This document shows, piece by piece, positions 28,625 to 43,073 of a DNA stretch of 64,000 bases. The stretch's first letter is position 1. The number at the start of each line of letters is the position of its first letter. This DNA is from Octopus bimaculoides (lineage: Eukaryota): positions 3,255,480 through 3,319,479 of the forward strand of contig NC_069000.1 in assembly GCF_001194135.2 (NCBI RefSeq). Reading direction: 5' to 3'. The notes beneath the pieces were generated by a model that saw only the letters and a program-made list of their open reading frames with translations, ran no database searches and had not been told where the DNA came from. The translations under genes and the position numbers were made by a program.

Positions 28625-28672
<48 letters not shown>
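28585..28672. repeat. (ATA/ATG)n trinucleotide microsatellite
   Basis: Seen directly. Confidence 0.95.
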
Positions 28673-29374
28673 CTTTATTTTATGTTGATCTTCTTTAATT
28701 TGTCTTATTGCAAAACTGAAATACATTCAATATTGATTTTGTTTAGAATATTAGAAAATTGGATTGACCTTCAACAACTGACTTCAATTTATTTAATACG
28801 GCCAGGAATCAATTCTCCTAAACATATACATTGAGAATTCCATTAATCTACACTCTACATTCTCTGCCAAACATCAACAACTACAGCTTACACATTCATA
28901 ATATTTCTATAATGAGTTATTGATAGAGTAGTTTGGAATTTCCGGTCTATTAAACTCGGTTTTCTTCTCCGTAATCTCTAAACTGTTTTGTTCCTCCATG
29001 AAAAAAAAAAAAAAAAAAAAGTGGCAAATTATAGCAATTGGGAAATTTCTGCAGAGATGTAAAACATATGGAATTTAGAGTTAAACGTTTTGAATATTAT
29101 TATTGAAATAATTATTCAATTTTCAATCTAATTGAGCTCCGTTTCTGTATATCTTCAATATTTTACAAATTTTATTGACGTAATGGCGTCACTCTTTGAG
29201 CTGCAGCCGTCTGGGGGTTGCGCTTCAAGGTTTTTTAGTCGATCATATCAACTGCTGCATTTATTCAATCTAAAAACTATTATAATGGTCACAATTGACA
29301 GAAACAATACGCTAGGACGTGAATTAGGAGCCAATTTCAAATGGATAACTTCAAAGTTGTGAGAGCGTACTGCG

Positions 29375-29500
29375 TAGTGATTAGAGCATTTTACTCAGGA
29401 TCGTAAGATTCTTGTGTGGATCTTAATATTGTGGTTTCGATTCCCGGAGCGGGTGGTGCATTCATGAGCAACATGCTTCAGTCACCTCGGCAGTAAATGA
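29375..29500 (+). mobile_element. SINE family D-like degenerate head
   Basis: gcgtagtgattagagc..caggatcgtaag..ggtttcgattcccgg. Confidence 0.45.
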
Positions 29501-29974
29501 CTCCCAACAATTATGTAGGATTCATAACTAATTCAAAATATTTTTTTTTACAGTTCTGAATATGCACCATATGTAATCTATTAAATGAAAATCGAACATC
29601 TCGATATCAATGTTTTAGGAATAACAGTTAAATAATGAAGACATATTCATCATTAGTCAATTGATTGGCATTTAACTTACAATGTTTAACCAGTTAAATA
29701 ATGCATTGTATGATTAATCATTCTGTCTACCAATCAATCAGTGATGTATGTCAACTGAAAGGCATACTCTTTCCCAGAACCGCTTTAATGTCCTCTCAAA
29801 AATTTTGCTCGTCCTACATAACGTAGACGTAAATGTTCGCAAAAGGCAACTGGTTTTTCTACAGATAAGAATTACAGATGAGCTTATTTCACGGGAAGAA
29901 ACACCACTGAAGGAAGCAACTTCGAAATCTTCATTTCCTAAATGTTTAAAGTAGGAGGATAATTAAAAATATAA

Positions 29975-30162
29975 TAACAAAATACAGCAGGATCAGTTAA
30001 TTATGAATATCTTCAACATATTCCCCTCTCAGATTCACATAATTATTGCAGTGGTCCTTCCGTTTTTATAAGCCCAGTAAAAGAACCCAGAAGATCGGGC
30101 TTCCAACCAGGCCTTTCGCGACACCCTTGAAACCAGGAACTTTTCAGAATCCACCTCGTGTA
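29975..30162 (-). mobile_element. Non-autonomous mariner derivative retaining the transposase C-terminus
   Basis: Minus strand reads KRKDHCNNYVNLRGEYVEDIHN*, similar to the mariner C-terminal ..KC...GEYVE motif; TIR ..aggaacttttcagaatccacctcgtg followed by TA; sister end at 16927. Confidence 0.75.
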
Positions 30163-31344
30163 CAACTCTGTTGTATACGAGGAGTGTTCTGAATTAATCA
30201 TTGTTGTATGTACGGGTGATATTACATAGCAAAGAGTGTCCGATTGATGATTCGAGGAAAATGTTGCTCATCAACATTTAACAGCAATCGTATTAATAAA
30301 CAGGATAGCTTTCCTATTATTATTTCCTTCCAGTTAATTAAGACCAATCTTCGGATGACTAAAATTTTATTTCTCCCATGAGGAAATAGACTTTCATTTT
30401 GCGGTTATCTTATTTTTCCAAACAATTAATTTTCGCTTAAAATCCGGCAGATGCCGAAGAAAATAACATGATAATTATTCTATCTCTATTGACACCAATT
30501 GCCTCCGTTTATATTGCAGTGAAAAATTTTGTTAAAAAAATTTGCGATTAATTCTTGAGTATTTAAGATAATCCTGATAAAAGGCAATGAATTACCTTTT
30601 CTTTAATTCTAAATGCTCGATAATTCTTTACAATTGTGAGATGAGAGAAGACCTTTTATGCTAGACTTAAGCGGAAAATAACGTCGCTTCGTAATTTTAC
30701 ACATCCGTAGCAAATAGTGAGGATATTTGCATTTTAGAAACAGGTACAAGTCAAAAATACAGGTTTTCCGTTGCTAAAACATGTCTGGTATATATATTTG
30801 AGCTAAACTAATTGAAAGTAAAGATATCTATGCACCTTTATAAATTAGACGCTCACTGCCATTTCTAAGTGAAAGAAAAATACGCCTAAACTATATGTAT
30901 GTAGGTGATATACTGACATACATATCGTGTACACTTTGGTCTGTGTGTACGTGCTGGCAGGTGTAACGTTATTTAATAATTAAATTTGAAGGCAGAAACA
31001 CGCACATAGACACGATTTATAATTTATTACTCGATATGTTATGTCTGAATTTGATAAGTGTTACTTCCGACATGAATAAACATGGGCATACGTCTGTCTC
31101 ATCGTGGCTGACCTCGTGGTGGTGTGTCCAACGAAAGGAAATGTCCGATGTTCAAGTAATGCAGTTACTTCAGTATTTTAAAGGAAGGAAACTTTTTGGA
31201 ATTAATGTCTAATTCGTCTTATTTTATTTTATTTCTTTTCATTAATACATTATATAGACCTACATAAGAATAGGCCTATATCGTGATGTAGTCTTTTAGA
31301 TGCACCAGACACTTAAAAAAATTGCATCGACACCTCGTGTAGCA

Positions 31345-31383
<39 letters not shown>

Positions 31384-32404
31384 AGTGTGACCTACAACAA
31401 TGGCGATTATCAGACGTCGTCATTGATTATCTTCAATCGTCTTCAATAATATAAGCGATTAAAACCACAACCTCCTCAACAATAATAATAATAATAATAA
31501 CAACAACAGCGTGTCTTATTTGGAGGGGTTACAGTTTTATCTTTTTTTTTTCATCTTTCTAAATCTTATTTATCCTGATAATTGTGGTTCTCGACACATC
31601 TTCACCTTCAGCAAAGTTGATGTGAATTGCTAGAGAAAGAAATAGTAAAGAAGGAAAAATGAAGAAGGAAAGGAAGAAATAAAGAAAGGATGGCCGGATC
31701 GATTGAAAGATGGAAGTAAGAACGCGTTTATTACTTTGCTTGTGAGGTCGAGTAAATTTTTGCAATGGTCGACGCATTTGCAAATTGAATTATACTTTGT
31801 GAAAGCAGCAAACTTTCCTAATAGTCGATGTCTTTGGCAGAAATATCTCACAAGTTGAAGGTAAAATGATTGATTGCGTGATATGATCGTTTTGACGGCA
31901 AGATAGGAATATATCAATAGACTAGCATGATTAGTCTCTAAAAGAATTGCTTTTCTACTCGAATCAACTGGATTGACCAAATACAATTGATATTTCTCAC
32001 ACCTCTCAACTTATTTCATTCTCTTTTGTTTCCTTCCGTTCGGATCTCTCTCTCACTCTCCATATACTTATGTCTCTATCTACCTCTATATCAATAATTA
32101 GGTCTCACCATACATCCATCTCTTCCGGTCTCTCTCTCTCTTTCTCTATACGTATATACATATAAACTTCTCAGTACGTGGTTTTATGCTTCTCTCTTTC
32201 TTTATATCTCTATCCTCTCTTTTGTTCTTTCTCATAACTTTCATTTGCCCTTGCCTACATTCCTGCGTCTTTCTATGTATCAGAACGCATTTGTCTCTCT
32301 TACCATTTCTTATTCGCCGTCTCTCTTTATTCAAGTTTGACATTCTTATAGTTCTCCCATTCCATCAATCTCCGCATTTCTCTTTCTCTCTCTCTTATAC
32401 ATAC

Positions 32405-32437
<33 letters not shown>

Positions 32438-34647
32438 AAGCCCTCTTTCTGTCTCAATCCTCCGTGTGTTGCAATACACCACTCTACAATTCCATTAACA
32501 CACAACACTAGCCAACCATGAACTCCGGCTATTTACGTTAGCATACAATTGATCTGTGACATTATGAATCCCTACATCAATATCACAAAACAACAAGTAG
32601 CCATGATAAGGAATAAATTAATTATATCGCTGCCAGACGGTATAACCCCATGACAACGTTTATTATGTTGCTTTTTTTTTTGTTTTTTTTCAGGCAACTA
32701 GGGTGCACTGACGGTAATCATCTCGGCTGAGGTCAGCATTTAGCGCACGACAACGGTTTGGCGTATATTTATGTCAACTGCGTTAAAGCATGCATTGTTT
32801 ATTTATGCAAATTTCCATCGCTGTGAGAACCTTGAAGTCAACGAAACTGGCGTAGATGGATGCGAATGTAAATTCTGTGAAGGACCTTCCGATACTCAAG
32901 CATTAAAATGAATTTTCCACTTCAAAAATGATTCTACTGAGTTGTTTCTTGAAATGATTTTGTGAATTTACTGATAGCAGCATCTCTTGTAAAAGTAGCA
33001 TAAGAAGAATCATTTGACTATTTCACCAGGATTTCAAGTTTCGCTTGGAGTGCTACTTTTGGATAACTAGCAGCTACATACAGCTTGCCTGGATAACTAT
33101 CGCTATGGCCATGCAGTTGGTATGTATTTTTCCATGAATCTACTGAGCCCGACATAGCTCTGATCTAGCTAAACCGGCTGAGAAGGGGGGGGGGGGCTCA
33201 AACAACAAAATCAATAAAAAAACAAAACCCTCAGCAACTACATTTGTACAAGAACACCTGATTCTTTGTCTCGTTGAGCGAAAAACATTGCCGCTCAGCC
33301 ATTCTCAACACATTCTACCACTTTCTTTAGATAAACTATTTTAGAATAATGAATAAAAAAAGAAACAGATAGATAAATGTATAAATAGATATAATTAGCC
33401 TTTAACCTTTTTGTGCAATTTCCTAATTAAAACAGTTGCATTCTTCATAAACTATATCTACGACTCTGAATATAAACTGTCTTTCTTGAAATAGATTCCG
33501 TTGGAGATACTAAGCTGCTTTCCATCTAATTATTTTTCATTATTTTAAAATTCAATATTTTATTTTTGGCTTTGCCGTGCGAAACAAAGATAAGATTAAC
33601 AAAATTTTTTTCTTGTTCTATTCTCTGAATCCGCGAATATTAAATAGTTCATATCTTTATTTGCACATCGCCATTGTATTTCTTGTTTCTGAAGTGATTT
33701 TTCGTCTGTTCTTTTTTCAAAATTTCCTTTTCTCCGCTTTTATAATGTGAATTTTATTCTTTTATAAATTTTCTTAGATTTAGACATTGCACTGCAGCCA
33801 TGCTGGAGCACCAGCCTGTACGTTTAGCCAAACAAATCAAACTTAGTTCTCTATATTGAAGCCGCGACTAATTATATCAATTACTTTAGCCGAACTGCTC
33901 GGTCACTTGGATGTAAACAAACAACAGTTGTCAAGAGGTGGATCACAAACACACACATATAGAAATAAGGATGTGGGTGTGTGGTGGGCGATGCAAGAGG
34001 CAAACAGACGGACAGACAAACATACACGACAGGCTTCTCAAAGTCTCTTTCAGACAAAATCACTTACAAAGGTCTTAGTCGGGCCAGGGCTAATGAAGAC
34101 ACTTGCTCATTTTGGAGTTTAATGGGACTGAACATGAAACGAATTGCTGCGGCTGCACAACCTTCTGTGTTTTTTTTCTTTTTTCTTGTGTCTTTGTCTT
34201 TTTATTCAAATTCTTAAAAGCAAAATAACGAAATTTCGTTTTATTAATTACTTGAAAATTATTTTATTCAACCATACTGACATTCCTACGAATTTAATTT
34301 ATGATTCTATGACACGATTCTTAAATATTTTATGAAGCGATGGTTTTCTTTTACAGTTTTAACCTCTTTCTAATAAAATTTGCTGACACAGATAAAACTA
34401 AATTTATTACGATTAACCACACAACAAATAACGAAATGAAAATACGATAAATTTAAAATAAACGTTCTTCGAGTAAATATTCACAGTGCTTTGATAGTTC
34501 TCCGTGTTGTGGTCTCTTGAACAAAAGGGAACCTCATTGAATAGACTTATTATCAAATGCTTTCAGAATGTGATAATCCTGTCATATTTATTTTCTAGGC
34601 ATAATGTAACTCATAATTATATTATCCAATTTATTTTATCGTTTAAT

Positions 34648-34700
34648 TGTTTCAGTCATTAGACTGTCGTCATACTGGAGCACCACCTTGTAGAATTTTA
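34648..34700 (-). mobile_element. SINE family B tail end, interrupted by a family C copy
   Basis: ttgtttcagtcattagactgtcgtcatactggagcaccaccttg. Confidence 0.6.
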
Positions 34701-34705
34701 GGTGA

Positions 34706-35028
34706 ATGACGACGAGACGGTTCCAGTTGATCCGATCAACGGAACAGCCTGCTCGTGAAATTAACGTGCAAATGGCTGAGCGCTCCACAGACACGTGTAC
34801 CCTTAACGTAGTTCTCGGGGAGATTCAGCGTGACAAAGAGTGTGACAAGGCTGACCCTTTGAAATACAGGTTCAAGGGAAACAGGAAGAAAGAGTGAAAG
34901 TTGAGGTGAAAGATCACAGAGAGCTTCGCCACCATCCCCTGCCGGAGCCTCGTAGAGTGTTAGGTGTTTTCGCTCAATAAACACTCACAACGCCCGGTCT
35001 GGGAATCGAAACCACGATCCCAGGACCG
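34706..35028 (-). mobile_element. tRNA-derived SINE family C copy
   Basis: Reverse complement of 10110-10484; ends with ctgggaatcgaaaccacgatcc (B-box-like on the minus strand). Confidence 0.85.
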
Positions 35029-35409
35029 AGAGAATGAGATTGACGTACAGTTGCTCAGCACGAATATATTGAGAGGAAAATCACGTGTAGCAATGTATCA
35101 GCTCATAATGGGATACTTTGGAGGTCACACACATCTTCAATTCTACTCTGCAAGAAATTATTATATATATATTATGGATGTATATGTGTGCGTGTTCGTA
35201 CATCTTACTTTCACCAACATATCTATTTATCGATCGATCGATCGATCTCTTTCACATGTCTCTTTGTATATGTACCTGTAAGTTTCTATCCTCATTCATA
35301 CACACACACACACACACACATACATATTGTCTATATCATATATATCATATATATCATGTATATAATATATAAACTCACACACAGACAAGCTGTATACACA
35401 CGATATATA

Positions 35410-35467
<58 letters not shown>

Positions 35468-35864
35468 TGATACACAACTATATATGTATGCATGTATATA
35501 CCGGTCTCTAGGCAGGTGTATATCACCGTCAGTTTTATTAGCCATATCTTACACTTAGGAATTGCCTTGATTTTCTGAAATACGCATCATCTTTTAATTT
35601 TACGCTTCATGGGATCGCAATTTTCTTTTTCTTTGTCTTTTGGAGAACAGATCTTTTCCTCGGCTAAGCAAATATTCAGCTATTACCTATAAAACATCGA
35701 TATTCTTCACAGCAGCTACTAGAAAATAAACAATTGTTTCTTTAGCTCAGCGTAAATTGAGAAATACATACATGCATACACACAAACATACACACACCGT
35801 TTCATATATACATTATATAAGTATACAGACGCATGAGTAGACACCCATACATATATACTCAGTG

Positions 35865-35896
<32 letters not shown>

Positions 35897-37341
35897 TATA
35901 TATACACTGATTAGTAGACATATACATATATATATATTATGTGTGTGTGTATGTATAAGGAGATGTACACACATGCGATAGATTCGCCATCGGTCTCAAT
36001 GATGTGCGCTCATTTGGTCGACGAACCATATTATCGTATAAGTAGCTGAGATTACTGCAGACATTTCTACAAGAACATGTTTCCTATGGCGAAGCAGAAG
36101 GATGGGGCTGATCATTTCAAAAACTGCGCTTACAATCTAAAGATAAAGATATAGCTACAGAGGAGGGGAAAAAAACTAATGAAAAAAGCAAAGCAATCTG
36201 TCGATCCTGTCACTATAGTTACATTTCGCTGAAGGTAAATTTCACAATTGCTTTGGCTAATAAACTCCGTAAATACATCCTCATTATTTCTAAATTTTCT
36301 TAAACACATTACCGGGAAGTGTAACGTTGCTGGATCTTGTAACCGCATCGTATATACAGGAAGCAAATGTAAAATTATGGAAGTGATAATACTTGACTTT
36401 CAAATATTGAACCAAGCAAACCGTAAGAGAATTTCCACGAGACATCGATAAAGAGATAAACCAGAAAACAATCATGTTTTCTATGCAGTATGTGAAGTAA
36501 AGACTCTTGCATATTGATACATATGCATCTATCTAAAGAAATATATACATATGTTCGTGTTTCTATATTATATAAACACAGTATATATATATATATATAG
36601 ATATAGATATATTACACCATGAATTCTTTGCAGCAAAAGCTGCCGTCATGTGCTTCATAAAAGAATATATTTTTGTTGGTTTGAAGATAGGGAAACTCAG
36701 TACTGTATTATCGGATATAGAAATCGAATTTTTCAGACGAACATTTAGGGCAAATAAAAGTTAAGTCGACTCGACTTAAACACCAAAACGAATTTGAAGG
36801 ACTAAATATTCCATTTGAAATATATTTAACAGACTTTCAAAATATGGTGAAGGTATTTGAATATTTACACTATATATTATATTGATTTGTATGCCAGAAA
36901 ATACAGTATACCCCGGGATAAAATGTTTTGCAGATTGCAATTCTATTTTGTATATTATTTTGTCTAAATTCGAATTACATCAATACAAACTCCGCTTTAC
37001 TGTCTTCGAAAGAATGAGCGTCAAACTCCAATAAATCACTGGAGCTTCGTAGAAATAAAACTTTCTACCTCGCTTTCCTGTTTGGGTGGTCTTGTCCCTG
37101 ATTTACAAAACAAAAATAAAATTCTGGACTTCGTTTTACTTGTGTCACATAAAATCTTAGACCCAAACCTTCTTGTTACATACATGTATCTGTGAGTGTG
37201 TCTTGGGTTTTCAGGTTTTATATACTGTATTTTTTTTTCTGCCTCCAATTTATTGAGATTTTTGTTCCTTTTCCATCATATTCTTTGCCGCCATTGTACG
37301 TTCTACTTCTCTTACATATAAACATATAAACACACACACAC

Positions 37342-37385
<44 letters not shown>

Positions 37386-37487
37386 AGAGAGAGAGAGTAA
37401 GAGAGAAAGAAAGAGGGAGAGAGATGGAGAGAGATGGAGAGAGAGAGAGTGACTGGGAAGACAGACAAAGATGGAGAAATGATAAGC

Positions 37488-37558
<71 letters not shown>

Positions 37559-37970
37559 CCGGCCAACATTTGACTAAGTAAATCGTAACGAGATTTGAGA
37601 GGACCGCACTTCCACCCTCTTCTTTCGCTATATTTATTTGAACTGACAGCGTTTATCATTGTAGATTAAGGTTGCCGTTTCTTGTTAGTGTAAAATAACT
37701 GCAAAACAAATCTCTATCTAGAGAAAAAGAAAGAGAAAACAGAAGGTCACGATTCTTAGCTCGCACTTTCTGACAACGTCCGTTTAGTCCGGCGGAAGAC
37801 ATTCGAAGTGGACAAATAAAAAAACAGAAACTATTTACTGTATTGAAAGTGCAAGAAATTACACACACACACATACATACATACATATATGTATATATTT
37901 GTCAATTCGATACATCTTCGATTGTATGTCTATTTGATAAATCGATGTTTTCATGAAATGTCTCTCTTCT

Positions 37971-38006
<36 letters not shown>

Positions 38007-38841
38007 TAGATAGACGTGTGTGTTGGGGAAGGCGAAGATGAAGAATGTTTGTAAGAGGAAAGGGTACATTGTATGTTTCGACAATGTACCCTTACTTTGG
38101 TTCGTTCGAGACTTAAAAAGGAAGGAAGTTGAAACTAAATTCCTCAGTGAATAAATATGTTCATGAATGAATATATTCAACGTTCAACAAGACCACAATA
38201 TTCAGCGTTTCACTTAATCACACAGTTAAATAAATCAAATATTTAAATAAGAAAATAAAGAACCCGAGCGGAATCTACATATTCACGAGATTATTTTCCT
38301 CGCATTCATATGTAATTTATTGTCATTGAGAATTCATTACCATATTTTTTATGTCCCATCACTGTACATTTATAACAAATCGCCATTGCTTGATAGAATA
38401 TAGGAGAGAGTAAGTAAACCAATGCAATAAAGGTGCATTGTGAAATTTTGGATATGATCAGCTTCCAGTGAAATATTTGCGACCACAGAAATGTATAACA
38501 ATTCGCAAGATCATCTCACGTTTCACACAGGTCGAAATACTGATTAGTCCAAGCAACAGATAAGTATTCCGGAAGTAGTATTGTAAAACAATATATATAA
38601 GCCCATTTTCTGTATATGGGTATACTCGAACATCATTTTACTTACTTATAAAGTTTACGTTGCCATTAATCATAAACCAAAATATTTTCTATAGGGGAGA
38701 CTGGAAGAAGCATATGGACTATAGGGGAGACTATGTCAAAAAAACAAAACACATTTGCTCAGGTTCGACCATTGCATCGTGGTCAGCCTACGAATTTTTC
38801 AGCCCACCCTCATACATGTGGTTGTGTATTATATATATATG

Positions 38842-38886
<45 letters not shown>

Positions 38887-40419
38887 CGGCATCTAATATA
38901 CATGTGTGTGCATACGGATTCATATGCTATGTGTGGATACGCGCATGTACTATTTATTAGTCTTCGTATCACTTCACTAATACAGAATTTCATCAAACGG
39001 AAGGTGGCAACTATGATATCGTCAGATTCCAATTCTTATCGTAAAATAACTTATCTACCACGTTATTGTTCGACGCACTTCCCACTGTACCAATCTGCCG
39101 CTGTAAAATCGACATAATATTGCCGTTGAAAAATGGGAGATTAATGGTAATCAGCGGTGGAACTGCAGATAAATTACATTGCGCTATCCTGTTATGGCTC
39201 TTTTCTGCAGAACTCGACGCTGCCTTTCATTATGCCAGAGATGACATAATAGACTGCGTCCTTTCCCTCTCACACTTCCATCCATCTTGTCCTTCTGAGC
39301 ATTCAACAACATTTCGTGTAATAATGCTTTTGACGATGACATTTGTGATATTCGTACAATGCTAAATCTCATTACTCGTCCTTCCCTCTCCTCCCACTAC
39401 ATCACGTACGTCTGACTCTTCCCATCACCTTCCTACATCCTCCGCTTACGAATATAAATCAACTTTCTCTGTTCTACATAAACAAGCATTTTATACATTA
39501 ACGGGAATTATGGAATTGTAGCTTTTTTGAAAGTCAAGGTTGAGCTTCTTACCCCGCACTCGCACCAACCTCTCTCCTTCTCTGAACGCATATGAACTAT
39601 TAAAACTAAATGTTATAAAGCATTGTTTTTTTTTTCAGACAAGCTGCATCTAGGGCACCAATATCCATATTTACCATTTCAACAAACAACCTAGCTTCTC
39701 ACTAGACAATCTGTACGAAAGGAGACGCTTAATAGAATTAACAAAGAATATAAATAATTAATTCTTACAGTTAGTGGATAAATAACGAAACCAGATGCAG
39801 AAATATAGATTGAGGAATTCCACGGCCGTTGCTGGACGCATTTCATCGGCCATGGAGATTCTGTGTTTTTCGGCACTATACGTTTATACGACATGTTTCT
39901 AGACGAAAACCGCAGTTTTTATTCAGAAACCCATTAAAAAATTCTCCGTATTGTTAAATGCATGACTGAATCCATGAGAGATGTGTCCTTTCATGCAGTT
40001 GATATATGCTTCCTACTGAATGACGTACAAAAATATAGAAGATATGATATAGCAAACCACCGCCGCTGTTACTCGATTCTGTTCGACTGCTAATGAGATC
40101 TCTCCACTTTTTATCCCTCTATATCTATACGAAACGCTTTCCCAAGAGTAATGTTATACTTTTGTGGCTGCCGACCGTATATGCTCGTTAAGCGAGACAC
40201 GCAGAATGTCCGAATGAAATTTTATTACGTGATACGTTAGGCTAAACTGATAAGATGATTGTAAGCAAGCAATACGTCGCGGATTCGATCGTAGCTATTA
40301 ACGTCTGGGCTTCACTTACTTAAAACAAGTGGATCGGCAGTTTTACGTTAAGGAAAGTGAGAAATTAACTGTCCAGCATAAGTTTTAGATGTTAAACATG
40401 CACACAAAATTTTATGTAT

Positions 40420-40735
40420 TTATTAGTAGTGCTTACATGTGAATCGAATCATACTGATGTGGTTATAGTATGTGGTGTTTCTTGCTCCGTTACTAAATGT
40501 TGCAGAAGGGGCAATGAATGCCTGCCCTGATTGCTAAAATTCATTAATCTCCCACTTTCGCTCAGAACAGATTTGAGACAGAAAATAGGAGATTAATGAA
40601 TTTTAACAATCAGGGCATGCATTCATTGCCGCCTCTGAAACATTTAGTGAGCAAGAAACACCTCATACAAGAGACTATAACTACATCCGTATGATTCGAT
40701 TCGCATATAAGCAACGCATATAAGCACTAATAATA
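40420..40735. mobile_element. Foldback/MITE-like long inverted repeat
   Basis: Arms ~40420-40552 and ~40588-40735 are reverse complements with few mismatches and small indels; ~35-nt spacer. Confidence 0.75.
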
Positions 40736-41305
40736 TCCATATATATACATATATAAACATACACAAGCATACATATTCTGATCTACTTAACTATTTTGTT
40801 GTTTTCTTGCAGTTAAGACCGCATTTCTTCACGAGGATACTGGATTTTTACACACACACACACGCATATATATATACACACGACATATATACACACACGC
40901 ACGTGTGTGTGTGTGTGTGTGGCGTCTCGTTAATGTTCTTGATTCATATTTATTCTACTACTGTTCATACTTCTACTACTAATGCAAGCAGCGTGATGTC
41001 GGCTTCTAATCTCAGTTCTCTGATGTTCCGTGGTTTGCAGCTCCTCTCGGGATATTTCTTGTGCTAATTCTTTGATTTCATACGTGTGTGTGCGTGTGCG
41101 TGCGTTTATGTGTGTGTGTTCATTATATCTACACTACAATCATACGTATGTAGGTGTGTGCGCATATATATACATATATATGCACACACATATATACACA
41201 TATACACACATATGCACACACATATATATACACATACATATATATACATATTCAGAACGCTATAAAAATGCTATATATTGTGATATACAAATATATAAGT
41301 ATACA

Positions 41306-41368
<63 letters not shown>

Positions 41369-42002
41369 NNNNNNNNNNNNNNNNNNNNNNNNNNNNNNNN
41401 NNNNNNNNNNNNNNNNNNNNNNNNNNNNNNNNNNNNNNNNNNNNNNNNNNNNNNNNNNNNNNNNNNNNNNNNNNNNNNNNNNNNNNNNNNNNNNNNNNNN
41501 NNNNNNNNNNNNNNNNNNNNNNNNNNTTTTTTTTTTTTTTTTTTTTTGGTAATCACACCGCTGTAATACCTCGTTGTTGCTATTCTTACGGGCTCCGCTC
41601 GTTCGTCATTATGTATATTATTGCGTGTTAACTGTGTATTAGCGGGATAAAAAGGACTTTGAAGGAATGTTAAACGTGTGATCTTTGAGAAAGAAAGACC
41701 ACGTTTGAAGTGATTATTTCGCGTGTTTGCGTGTGTATGTGTGTTCGCACATTCCTGCTTTTGTGAGCTTGTGTAGTCATCTATCTGTTTGCGTATATAT
41801 GTGTGAGCGTTCCCGTGTGCTCGCATGTGCGCATGTATACGTCCGTGTGCGCACGTGCATGCGTGTATGTTTAACTCCGTGGGTGATGGCGCGTGTATAT
41901 AAATGTGTGGTTACATCACCGTTATAGCTAGAGCTGAACAGCTCTTCCTGATATTGAACTCATAATTATTATTACTACTAATATTATTATTAAAGTAATA
42001 AC

Positions 42003-42200
42003 CTAGCAGAATCGTTAGTACGTCGGATAAAATGCTTACCGGTATTTCGTCCGTCCTTATGGTTTGAGTTCAAATTCGCTGACGCAACTTTATCTTTTAT
42101 TTGTCGATATTGATAAAATATGAACCAGTTGACCACTGGTGTTCGATGTAACCGAATTGCCCCTCCCTCGAAATAGCTGGATTTTTTGCGACACTTTGAA
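42003..42200 (+). mobile_element. SINE family A copy
   Basis: tagcagaatcgttagtacgtcggataaaatgcttaccggtatttcg..gagttcaaattc..accagttgaccactggtgttcgatgtaacc. Confidence 0.75.
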
Positions 42201-42529
42201 TTTATTATTATTATTGAAATGTCGACTACCTGTTGTCGCGTGTGTATGGGTTTGGCTATCAGGAAGTTTGCCCTGCCGCCCTTATTTGGCTGGAAAGGGC
42301 AGTCAGTTTTTATTTGTCTGGTGACTGTATCGAAAGAGGTAGTGTGGTGGTCAAGTTTAAAATGGACAAAGCTAGATAGACACGTTTCACTTCGGCCAAA
42401 GAGTTTGGTCTTAAAATTCGACTTGTGTGCCGGAAACTTCGGTACATCGTTTTTTTTCCCTCAAAAAGCGTTTACTATTTGAGTGACTTGTTTTTCTACT
42501 TCAAGTCCTTTCATGACCGTAATCTTCGT

Positions 42530-42785
42530 TTCCACAGTATATGAGGGTTGGGAAATTTCTTGCCGAACAACCACACATGATTTGTTTATAGTGATCAAAT
42601 GTTTGTACAGATATAAGCTTACTCACTCCTCATATTGGCATCACCTGTACAGGTGCAACGCGTGCCACATGTCAGACGACAAAATGATCGCAGAGCGACG
42701 TGAAATGAAGTACTTTGTTCAAGAACACAAGGCAACGCCGGTTCGGGAATCGAACTCACAATCTTGATTGCACTAAGCCATGCTC
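42530..42785 (-). mobile_element. SINE family D copy
   Basis: gcgacgtgaaatgaagtactttgttcaagaacacaagg..gggaatcgaactcacaatc..cactaagcc. Confidence 0.7.
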
Positions 42786-42805
42786 ATTCACGATGTGTGT
42801 ACGCG

Positions 42806-42870
<65 letters not shown>

Positions 42871-43038
42871 ATATATATGTGTGTGTGTGTTTATATATGA
42901 TTCGGAAGGGTGAAGTACATAATAGAAAAGACATGACAATAGAAAGGTTTCCCCTTTCTGGCAAAGAGCATCGGAAGCAGTAGTATACATATTCATATAC
43001 TCATGAATATATACATGTGCGTGTATTTTTGTGTGAAT

Positions 43039-43073
<35 letters not shown>

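Noticed and set aside
39066-39365. 99-aa ORF with an internal acceptor-like site
   Set aside because: No homology recognised, no suitable donor, and length within chance expectation
40811-40840. VKTAFLH peptide resembling the Copia RT motif DVKTAFLHG
   Set aside because: Only 7 aa; flanks are a T-tract and a microsatellite with no further similarity, so probably chance
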